IMG/VR virus record: IMGVR_UViG_3300045988_172839
Location: 64,001-128,000 of that record
Source of the DNA: a virus
DNA: 64,000 nt
Direction: 5' to 3' (one strand)
A program made the position numbers and the translations under genes. Numbering within the stretch: the stretch's first letter is position 1; every line of letters begins with the position of its first letter. The notes under the pieces were generated by a model. It made no database searches. It was not told the DNA's origin and was given only the letters and a program-made list of their open reading frames with translations. Of the stretch, positions 46,488-54,900 are shown one piece after another.

Positions 46488-47059
46488 TATTTTAAATCTT
46501 TAGTAAGGGCTCTTAAACTTGCGTTGTATTCAATTCGAGAAAACCCTAACTGTTTAGCTAACGGATAATAACTTTTCTGAATTAAATCTAGTAAAGCGTC
46601 TTCTGACTCATAATTTCTACCGAACCAAACTAAATCGTTATAAATTTCACCTAACCAACACAACTCTTTAATTGAGGTCAAGTCGTCAAAGAGCCAACCA
46701 CCATTACCATCACCTTCAGCAAATCGTAAATCATAAGACTTATCTTTCAATCGAGAATTGACATTTAGAGTCAGTTTTGCTGTGTTCCGGTAATTCTTAC
46801 TATCTGTTCTAAACTCAGTCTTAGCAGTAGTTCGGAAAAGTTTAAGTTGATACCCCAATGCTCCTGATGGTTTATAGTAGGTTAAAATGTAACCTCTTGC
46901 ATCATAAGAGAAAATAAAGCAATTTTTCTTACTTGGTTTATCCGGGAAAGCTTGCATTAAAACTAAGTAATTCGATTTTGCCACCACAACTAAACGTTTT
47001 AAGAAGTCTGCGAACTTAACTAGGTCTTTTGTTTGTTCATCTAGGTCTTTATAATTCAT
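46487..47059 (-). CDS. Small-protein family paralogue A (190 aa)
   Basis: GAGGT lies 7 nt before the ATG at 47059 (MNYKDLDEQTKDLVKFADFL...); the track ORF extends to 47083. It shares with its neighbours the N-terminal M-x-Y-K-(D/E)-L-(D/N)...K.(V/I).F motif and the C-terminal A..LG(F/L)S motif. Confidence 0.7.
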   Translation of the reverse strand: MNYKDLDEQTKDLVKFADFLKRLVVVAKSNYLVLMQAFPDKPSKKNCFIFSYDARGYILTYYKPSGALGYQLKLFRTTAKTEFRTDSKNYRNTAKLTLNVNSRLKDKSYDLRFAEGDGNGGWLFDDLTSIKELCWLGEIYNDLVWFGRNYESEDALLDLIQKSYYPLAKQLGFSRIEYNASLRALTKDLK

Positions 47060-47088
47060 ACATAAAACCTCACAAAACCTCACAATAG

Positions 47089-47622
47089 TTAATTCTGAAA
47101 GTAACCTAGTTTCTTGTAAAGATAGGTTTGTAAGTCTAGGTCTTTGTTAATTTCATTAGTTGAAATTTTCATATCTTTAGCCAGTTTTAGTGCTTGATCT
47201 ACTAAATCTTCAAATAGAAGGTTACCCATGAGTTCGTAAGCTAGAGGTACAACCTCTTCGTTTGTTTCCAAACCAACACCTTCATACTCATCCTCTGCTA
47301 CCGTTGCAATCTGGAAAACCAAAGAATCACCATATCCTAAATCACGTTTATTAGCTTTATACTCTGCAAAAACTTCATTACCTTGAACCTTAATTAAGAA
47401 AGACTTAGAAATATTAGAACCTTTAGTATATAAACGCAAGTAAAGAGTATCCTCATCTAACCGTTCTTTACTCCAAGAAGTAGAACCTCTATCGTAAGCC
47501 ACTTTACTCAATATTAATGGAATGTCCTGTTCTTTTTGATAACTCAAATGAGTTAATAACCCAATTAAATAACAGAACTTAATTACCTTCTGTTCAACCT
47601 CATTCAATTCTTTGTATTTCAC
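47089..47622 (-). CDS. Small-protein family paralogue B (177 aa)
   Basis: GTG start with GAGGTG 8 nt upstream. The protein starts MKYKELNEVEQKVIKFCYLIGLL... and has a C-terminal ...ALKLAKDMKISTNEINKDL. Confidence 0.7.
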   Translation of the reverse strand: MKYKELNEVEQKVIKFCYLIGLLTHLSYQKEQDIPLILSKVAYDRGSTSWSKERLDEDTLYLRLYTKGSNISKSFLIKVQGNEVFAEYKANKRDLGYGDSLVFQIATVAEDEYEGVGLETNEEVVPLAYELMGNLLFEDLVDQALKLAKDMKISTNEINKDLDLQTYLYKKLGYFQN

Positions 47623-47639
47623 CTTGTTTTCACCTCAAT

Positions 47640-48214
47640 CTATTTAACTTTAGAACTACCTAAACTTCTCAACACCTTTTCGTTGTATTGACCTAAATAA
47701 TAAGCAATCGTTTCAGCTTCACGTGTTATTGAGTCCTTATCAAGACCCAAAGCGTGAGCCAATTTTACAAACAAACTACCAAAACTAGCACCAACCCAAA
47801 AGATGACTCTAAGTTCTTAGAGTCAACTGTTTCAAAAGCTCTCAAATAAGTAATAAGTTTGCTTTCATCCCACTCACCATAGGAACCCAGCTTAGTTAAA
47901 GGGAGTAAAAAGTTGGTTTCATCACTGGATACCCCTCGCTTATAAGTCCAAAAACTAACATCTAAATACTCAAAATTGTCTAAAGATAAACTAACTTTCA
48001 ATTTCGGAAACCCATTGGAGCGAAATAGAATTAAATCATAAAACTCCCCATTCGACTCTCCTGCAAAACCTCCATTGGTGAACGTTGAGATATATTGAAA
48101 ATCTCTTAATTCAGAAAATCGATGAGGTTCTTTTAAACATAAACTTAGCAAATCCATAAAAGCTGCAAAAGACAGAAATACTTTGTCTTCTGTGTTTAAA
48201 TCTGTATAGCTCAT
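47640..48214 (-). pseudogene. Small-protein family paralogue C, interrupted by a frameshift
   Basis: The ORF from 48214 (MSYTDLNTEDKVFLSFAAFMDLL...) stops at 47765. The family C-terminus (...FVKLAHALGLDKDSITREAETIAYYLGQYNEKV) continues in the -1 frame, which is open from 47816 to the TAG at 47640. The switch most plausibly lies at the TTTTGGG run (47795-47801). Confidence 0.6.
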
Positions 48215-48229
48215 ATAATACCCCTCAAA

Positions 48230-48777
48230 CTAAACCCACAACTTGTTTGTATTGCTATAAATCATTGTCAATCTGTTTAAATCTTGAGTTATCTTTTTCT
48301 GAGAAAGACCCAAAGCTGTAGCCAATGAAACTGTTAAGGATACCAACTCTAAGAATAAAGGAGTTTCTAAATTAGCATAAGCAATCAAACTTAGTTCTTC
48401 GTTCAAATCAATCGAATAAAAATCTTCATCATCCGTAATTGTTGCTAAAAGGAGATCCAATGTATCATCTTCATTGCAACTAGATTTACCAAAGAAACGT
48501 AAAAGCCAACTTGTGCGTGTTTGCGCTAAGTAAATACTCTGAACAATATCACTACCTTCTAACTTAACTAAGTCTCGAACCTCAGAGTCACAGTAGTCTA
48601 ATTCCACAAAAGTGTTGTTCTTAGCGGAAAACCTACTACTATGTACAGGTAGCGGAGAATCATCAATAGAACCGTGTACTAAATCAACCAACAAACTACA
48701 TAGATAACCAACAAACTACATAGATAATGAAATTTAATTTGAAGTTGGTTTGGTTCATTTAACTCTTTGAATTTCAT
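48230..48777 (-). pseudogene. Small-protein family paralogue D, interrupted by a 20 bp tandem duplication
   Basis: AAGAGG RBS, then ATG at 48777 giving MKFKELNEPNQLQIKFHYLCSLL. A perfect 20 bp duplication (48686-48727) then shifts the frame into a TAG. Deleting one copy joins it in frame to ...VDLVHGSIDDSP... (track ORF 48230..48694). Confidence 0.7.
48686..48727. repeat. Perfect 20 bp tandem duplication
   Basis: On the + strand, AACCAACAAACTACATAGAT is repeated with period 20 and is identical over 22 nt of overlap. The length is not a multiple of 3, and it lies inside paralogue D. Confidence 0.9.
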
Positions 48778-48806
48778 TTAGAAACCTCTTAATATTTAAT
48801 AAATTT

Positions 48807-48835
48807 AGTATAACATAAAAAGTTAATTATTACAA
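48807..48835 (-). promoter_or_regulatory. Sigma-A promoter with extended -10
   Basis: On the minus strand: TTGTAA (48835-48830), a 17 bp spacer, then TGTTATACT (-10 at 48812-48807). Confidence 0.5.
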
Positions 48836-48842
48836 GTGAAAA

Positions 48843-48871
48843 CTAAAAAGCACCCAACCGAAGTTGGATAC
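48843..48871 (-). terminator. Rho-independent terminator
   Basis: On the minus strand: GTATCCAAC, loop TTCG, GTTGGGTGC (two G-U pairs), then TTTTTAG. The stem is closely similar to the terminator at 33731-33761. Confidence 0.6.
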
Positions 48872-48880
48872 CTTTACCTA

Positions 48881-49312
48881 TTAGCTAAATAACTCTTCCA
48901 AGCAACGAAGAATTTCTTTTCTATCAAACCAATTAGCATAATTTACAAATTGAACTTGCAAGTTCTTTGTGACTTCACTAAAGTTGAAGTAGAAACCTTG
49001 TTCTCTAGTACCACTACGCTCATACTTCCCATAATCATAGTAATCTTCTGAAATTAAGTCAATAGAGAACGTATATGTACAGTCCTTATTTATATAAAAA
49101 GTTACTAAAACGTGTTGTACTGTTCCCAAAGAATCAACAAAAGAATCACGGAAAACAACAGGTTCACCACTCTTGGAAACTGTAACAGTTCTACGCAGTT
49201 GCTTTAAACACTGCAAGACAGAAGATCGTTTGAAAAACTCTTCAAAATAAGTATTTTGGAAGTTTTCTAAGCGTGGTTGACTGTCTGCGAAAAGTTCGTT
49301 TACAATACTCAT
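48881..49312 (-). CDS. Hypothetical protein (143 aa)
   Basis: ATG ORF, 28 nt downstream of the 604 aa gene. No motif was recognised. Confidence 0.65.
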   Translation of the reverse strand: MSIVNELFADSQPRLENFQNTYFEEFFKRSSVLQCLKQLRRTVTVSKSGEPVVFRDSFVDSLGTVQHVLVTFYINKDCTYTFSIDLISEDYYDYGKYERSGTREQGFYFNFSEVTKNLQVQFVNYANWFDRKEILRCLEELFS

Positions 49313-49340
49313 ATTTTCACCTCATCAAAAATAAATCAAA

Positions 49341-51155
49341 CTAACCCAATAAATCCGTGAAAGTAGCTACGGATACCGCTTGTTGTGAGAAATCATGTGT
49401 TGCTTCTTCTGCGGAGTCTACAAATTCAGCACCAACAAATTCTGCGAAGTCTTTCAAATTCAAAGCAGTTTGTGACTTACGCTCTACTGCGAGAGTTAAT
49501 TTCTCACTTGCTTGTTCATTTGGCACTCGACCACCTACAGACAAGTTTGTAAGCACTACTGCACCTTCTACATTCGTTGCAAAAACCATTGCTTTATCTG
49601 TTGGAATACTTGCTTGGAACAGAAGAGACCCATCTTCCACTACAGAAGTTGCTTTCTTATCCAAAGATTTAGAAATGTAAATCTTACAAGCATCTGAATC
49701 GAATTGGTTATATGGATTCATACTAAAGGTCAAACCTTGCACACCTTCAATAAGTAACCCTTCTGCTGCCAAACCTTGACGGTTGAGACAAGTCATATCT
49801 CCTGTATAAGTGACACCACTTATATTCTCAGAATAGAAACCAACGTGGCGACCGTCTACGCTTTGAGCGTGTAAGTCCAAATCACCGTCTTGGTTCCAGT
49901 AGATACCGATTTGGTAGTTATCTGAAACTTCGATACGAGTGTACATAGGGTATGAACCAATGAAAGACTTAGCAGTTATTGGAAGTGCAATCGAAATATG
50001 CTCTTCTGGTTGATAGAATTTCAACTCTTTTTCTGCAAAGCGAGACTTGAACTCTTCTCTAATACGTTCTAAGTACAAGGCAACCACATGGTTCGCTAAA
50101 CCACTAATAGGAGTTTGTTTGATAGCTTTTACATAAGTTTTACCGTTACGAATACGATAAACTTGGTAATCACCCTCAACCAAGACAACTAATTCACTCA
50201 AATAGTTGTAGTAGCGAATAAGTTGATAGTTTGTGATACCGCTCAAGTCTTTAGGGAACTCCTTTAAAAGAGTTTTAAAGGTATGGTCTTTACGAGAGAC
50301 TTCAGACAAACGCTTCATAGCGTTTACTTCTCTTTGAAGACCTAATTTACGTAAGGTCAACCACAACTGCTTGTTTGGACGGAAATGATCGGCTAAAGGT
50401 TGGAGACCCTGTTTTGAAACAAAGTCTTTAACCAAAGACACAATCAAGTCTTTCTTATCTTTTGATAAGTATTGAACTTCGTGGCGCAAATAACTGAAAG
50501 TCATAGAGTTCTTGTAGTAGTCAGTTGTACCTAAGAGGATACGAACCAACAAACGAACTAGTAACTCTGGATTTTTAGGAGCGACTTTATAGCGATACCC
50601 AAATTCAATTTGAAGCTCTTTATTGGCTTTCTCAGTAATATCTATACCATAGTGTTCTACCAAATCTGCCAAGATTGAAATGTCGCTTGTAGGTAAAGCC
50701 AAGGGTTGATTTAGAAAGACTCCTAAATCATCTCGAACTTCCATATAAGACTTAATTTGAATAGTTGTTAAATGTGTGTTCAAAGCAGTTTGAAAGGCTT
50801 TTTCCTCAGAATTAGGAATGAAATCTGTGCCGAAAAATTCTTTTAACCCACCATAAGTCATAGCATAATGACAAAGACGGTCAAATACCACTTCCTCCCA
50901 ACTTAAACCTTTACGAACCTCAAAAGTCTCATAAAAGGTAGCGTTGGCGTTTCTCAAATCAACCCCATAGAGCTTAATTAAAGCGTCTGCAGTCTCTTTT
51001 GAAATTGGTTCAAGAGGGTCTACGAGGATACCGTAAGTTAAACACAACTGAGTGTTTTTAAGGTCTCCAATCTCTTTTGTGCTTTCTACAACCTTTAAAT
51101 ATTTTGCTAAAGTTTCAATTTGTGCGTAGTTCATTTCCAACCTACTTCTTTCCAT
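49341..51155 (-). CDS. Hypothetical 604 aa protein with possible C-terminal TerD-like domain
   Basis: Long ORF; the start is ATG at 51155 or the ATG 7 codons later. The C-terminal stretch IGIYWNQDGDLDLHAQSVDGRHVGFYSENISGVTYTGDMT...AAEGLLIE loosely follows the TerD pattern (G..W..DLDL....F.....GD....E.i.i). Confidence 0.7.
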   Translation of the reverse strand: MERSRLEMNYAQIETLAKYLKVVESTKEIGDLKNTQLCLTYGILVDPLEPISKETADALIKLYGVDLRNANATFYETFEVRKGLSWEEVVFDRLCHYAMTYGGLKEFFGTDFIPNSEEKAFQTALNTHLTTIQIKSYMEVRDDLGVFLNQPLALPTSDISILADLVEHYGIDITEKANKELQIEFGYRYKVAPKNPELLVRLLVRILLGTTDYYKNSMTFSYLRHEVQYLSKDKKDLIVSLVKDFVSKQGLQPLADHFRPNKQLWLTLRKLGLQREVNAMKRLSEVSRKDHTFKTLLKEFPKDLSGITNYQLIRYYNYLSELVVLVEGDYQVYRIRNGKTYVKAIKQTPISGLANHVVALYLERIREEFKSRFAEKELKFYQPEEHISIALPITAKSFIGSYPMYTRIEVSDNYQIGIYWNQDGDLDLHAQSVDGRHVGFYSENISGVTYTGDMTCLNRQGLAAEGLLIEGVQGLTFSMNPYNQFDSDACKIYISKSLDKKATSVVEDGSLLFQASIPTDKAMVFATNVEGAVVLTNLSVGGRVPNEQASEKLTLAVERKSQTALNLKDFAEFVGAEFVDSAEEATHDFSQQAVSVATFTDLLG

Positions 51156-51385
51156 TTCTCTTCAAAACGAAAGCCCTAAACCAAGTGATCTAGAGCTAAC
51201 ATGTGCGAACCGTAATAAACCATTCGTAGTAAAGGGCAGTACGTCTTACCAAGTACCACCTACTACGAATATTATATATTTCCTAAGTAAAGGAACGGTT
51301 TTATGCAATCAATTCAATTAGGCGAGGTGTAAATTCATCAGCTTTATGTTTTCGGTAGAGGAACACCTTTATGCCAAATATATTT
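51156..51385 (-). promoter_or_regulatory. Long (about 230 nt) structured 5' leader
   Basis: This is the distance from the promoter at 51388-51416 to the first ATG. It contains the 8 bp stem TTCGTAGT/ACTACGAA (51223-51269) enclosing GTAC palindromes, and a second stem AGGTGT/ACACCT. Confidence 0.45.
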
Positions 51386-51387
51386 AT

Positions 51388-51416
51388 AGTATAGCACAAA
51401 CTTTGATGTTTGTCAA
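51388..51416 (-). promoter_or_regulatory. Consensus sigma-A promoter with extended -10
   Basis: On the minus strand: TTGACA (51416-51411), a 17 bp spacer, then TGCTATACT (-10 at 51393-51388). Confidence 0.7.
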
Positions 51417-51430
51417 GGGAAAACTATCAT

Positions 51431-51898
51431 TTACTGTACTTTATGATAGTATTGGTCATCACAATCATCTTCATCAATGTAACCACCAAAATAACGAGCC
51501 AACTCGGTTAAAATACTCACCGCAACAGGGTCCATACCTAAGGATAAGGTTGTAATAGGTTGATTGAACTCTGGTAAATCACAGTCTAAATTCGCTTCAA
51601 TTTCCTCTGGCTCTAAAATAAAGCGAGAATTATAGTGATAGAAAATGTTACGAGTAGTACCGTTAACAGCAACATCAATAAAACCATATTCCTTGAAATC
51701 TTCACCGTTGCGGTATAAAATAGGACAAGAGACACCATTTACAGTCGTAGTTTTTGGGTGAGTAGTAGGTTCATCCACCCCGACATTTACATTTAAAACG
51801 GAAAGGTCGCCTATAAATCTACTTACATATTCTAATGCACTTACAATTTCATGCACTGAAACATGACCTAAAAGAGCCGCTTTTGTATCATTTGCCAT
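51431..51898 (-). CDS. Hypothetical acidic protein (155 aa)
   Basis: GAGGT RBS before the ATG. It lies between the promoter at 51930-51958 and the next promoter. Confidence 0.65.
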   Translation of the reverse strand: MANDTKAALLGHVSVHEIVSALEYVSRFIGDLSVLNVNVGVDEPTTHPKTTTVNGVSCPILYRNGEDFKEYGFIDVAVNGTTRNIFYHYNSRFILEPEEIEANLDCDLPEFNQPITTLSLGMDPVAVSILTELARYFGGYIDEDDCDDQYYHKVQ

Positions 51899-51929
51899 TT
51901 GTTTTTACCTCATGTAATTTGATAGGTTT

Positions 51930-51958
51930 ATTGTAGCAAAAATAAAAAGAAAAGTCAA
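51930..51958 (-). promoter_or_regulatory. Sigma-A promoter with extended -10; -35 embedded in the nrdF terminator stem
   Basis: On the minus strand: TTGACT (51958-51953), a 17 bp spacer, then TGCTACAAT (-10 at 51935-51930). Confidence 0.7.
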
Positions 51959-51973
51959 GAATAAATCTTGACT
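51941..51973 (-). terminator. Rho-independent terminator of nrdF
   Basis: On the minus strand: AGTCAAGA, loop TTTAT, TCTTGACT, then TTTCTTTTTATT. Confidence 0.7.
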
Positions 51974-51980
51974 CTTTTTC

Positions 51981-54900
51981 TTATAAACCAACCATATAAT
52001 CGCTATCTTCCATAGCTTCAACTTGACCGAGAAGATACCCATTCCCAACTTGCGAGAAGAAATCATGGTTGGAAGTACCCGTTGAAATACCATTCATAAT
52101 GATAGGGTTAACATCATCTGCTGAATCTGGGAAGAGTGGATCTTGTCCTAGGTTCATAAGAGCCTTATTGGCATTGTAACGAAGGAAAGTCTTCACTTCT
52201 TCTGTCCAACCAATTTCATCATATAACTCTTCTGTGTACCTCTCCTCATTTTCATACAGAGTGTAGAGCAAGTCGTACATCCACGCTTTTAATTCTTCTT
52301 GTTCTTCCTCAGATAGCTCATTAAAAGCGAGTTGGAACTTATAGCCAATATAAGTACCGTGAACACTATTTCCAGTTATAACTACAGAGCCACTTTGACT
52401 ACGAGTTACCAAATACCCTGAAGGAACTTGGATACCGTAAATCTGCTCACCTTCAAGCTCAGTTCGTGTCACCGCAGCACCATAACTAGTGGAACCATTA
52501 GGTAAAATAGTTAAAGAATAATTAACAAGACCCTCTGCACTAAATGGTGAACGATCTTCAAACTCTCTAATACGAGTTTTATAACCAATTAAACTACACA
52601 AGGCTTGCACATAATCTATACTCTCTTTATTTATAGAGCAATATCTATAAGAGTTATCACTACATTTAGCACCTACCCAATCAAACAGTGTTTCCAAATA
52701 TTGTAAGCACCATTTAAAGTCTACTTCATTCAAAGGGCGTTTAGGTAAAGACTTCAACTTACTCTCTTCGATACCGAATTGGTTAAATTTAGAAATACGG
52801 AGTACAGTTCCATTTCCTTCGGGATAAGAATATTCCTTGTAAGTTATATCTAAAGACTCCAACAAATCTTTCATCTTTGCAATAATCTCTGGTTTACTAC
52901 TGCTCAATACCAGATGTTTACTTAAAGCACTTTCTACTACCGTTCCAAATTTAGACAAACAAATATATAAATCTTCCCATTTAGATAAAGGTTCTACCTT
53001 AGAGTTTGGAGATAAAACCTCAGTAGGATGCAACCAATAAGAGCTACTACCTAAAGTTAAATCCGCTGGCCGAGTAATCAATTTATCACTAGTCAAAGCT
53101 TTACGAATAAGTCTGTGATTAGGTGTACATTTTAAATCAACATAACCAAGTTTAGACTTAAACTGATAAATCTTAGGTGCAAAATCCGTTGAAATCGTAG
53201 AAACTGGTGCAAAATTCGTTCTGCGAGTTTCTTTATCAAACTGCAAGACCAAGTCTTGTGGGCGAATATCGGCTACGGATACCCAACCTTTAGGTGTTAG
53301 CACCTCTTGGTCTTTTGTCATGCACTCATCTCGAATAATAAGCTTAATAATCTCAGCCACATTAGGGAGTTTGTTGTTTCCTAAGTACCATAAAGGTGTA
53401 AAGAAACCAGAGTAGAAAAGGAAAGACTCTAGGAAGACACTTGCTACTTTCTTTTGAAGTGGGGTTCCATTGTCATAAACCTCTTTGATAATCTCTGCTT
53501 TCTTCTGCAAATATGGGTTGTTGGCAGTCCACTCAAAAATTTCTTCAATCTCAGACTTGGTGTTCAATGTGGAGAATATTGAGGAGTAGGACTTGGCGTG
53601 GACACAGTTGCCTGAGATAATAGTTTTTCGACCTGCAGATACCACTAGAAACTGCGAGGGAACTTCAACACCATAGACTTCTTCACCTTCCAGTTTCTCA
53701 AACGATAAACTTTGAAGTTGGACATCACGTTGATTTTCAGATGATAAAATACGAACATAGTAATTATCACTATACTTTTCAGATCTATCATCTATGTTTA
53801 CACCTGAGTTATGAGTATAACCTGCTAAAGTGCTAAGAACTTTAACAAAATTCGCGTTTTCAATTTCTTTTGTATAATAAGAAATATAACCTCTTGAACC
53901 ATCTTCATTATAGTGAACATGAGAGTCCCATAAAGAAAGCTCTTCAATAAATTGCTGTGCTTTCTCTGCATTGAAATCAGAAAAAGAGAACCAATTATTT
54001 AACACTTTAGGTTTTAAGTTCAAAGAACCTAACATTGTAAAAGGTACAAATACATTAAAGTTCCTTTGTGGTTTACATTTACCTGAACCTAGTTTACCGT
54101 TAATTTCCTTATAAGATATACCCGAATCTTCGCATAACTTTAATAATTTTGCTATCTTGGGCTCTTTAGAAAAACTAAACCGAATAGTAAAAGTTTCAGT
54201 TTTTAAACGAGGATCCTTATCTCGATATTGTTGAATCCGTTTAATTTCCCTCTCAGTAATAGACCCATCTGCTTGGAAAGCAATCAATAACTTCTCAAAA
54301 GGAGTTAAAAGGGAAACTGAAGTTTGTGTAACAAAAGGTCTCACTAAAGGTACGCGTCGATAAGCAGTTTTAGGAAGTTTCACAAAATCCTCAGCAGTTA
54401 CAACTCCGTATTTATAAGACTTCCATGCATCTAATGGAGAACCGGATTTTAAAGAAGTCTCTTCAAAAAGCATGCGGTGTCCGGGAGATACCCTTAAATC
54501 TACTGCTGAATTATATATCCGCTCAATATGAGGTGCTTTGTGTTTAGATGTTTTTATAACCTTTTCAAACCTTGTAGTTTCTGTCTTTGGGTCATAAGCC
54601 AAAATAGTATCACCTTCAACAATATCCGCAATCGGAACCCAACCTCTATCAATCGTTAGAAGTTTATGGTCTTTCGTATAGCACTCCATAAACTCAATAT
54701 TGTTTAACACTGCTTCTTCATGCTGTGTACGAACATCTGGTTTAATTGCGGATACCCCGTCAACCGACTGCAACGTATCTAACAAGGTCAACCCACCAAA
54801 GACTTTAACTACTAAATCTCTTTCTTTTTCAGGCAACTTGCGCCAATCATCTAAATCATTAGACAAAGGAATACGAGTATCTAACCAAAATTGTTCAGTT

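Noticed and set aside
51249-51263. A T-box riboswitch in the long leader. The minus strand reads GTAGGTGGTACTTGG, which resembles the T-box core GGGUGGUACC.
   Set aside because: Only 8 nt match. There is no Stem I/specifier features or AGAGA/GA motif that I can see, no clear terminator/antiterminator pair with a U-tract, and the downstream gene is unrelated to amino-acid metabolism.
51431-51898. NrdI flavodoxin, expected next to nrdF.
   Set aside because: The 155 aa protein lacks the N-terminal flavodoxin-like beta-strand/FMN loop pattern (for example the YFSS.SGNT type), and it has its own promoter.
51905-52093. A 62 aa ORF overlapping the 3' end of nrdF, and similar nested same-strand ORFs at 3191-3379, 6532-6729, 12658-12942, 22402-22632, 34485-34676, 36057-36251 and 41496-41723.
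   Set aside because: All are out-of-frame shadows inside longer genes that have recognisable domains or coherent architecture.
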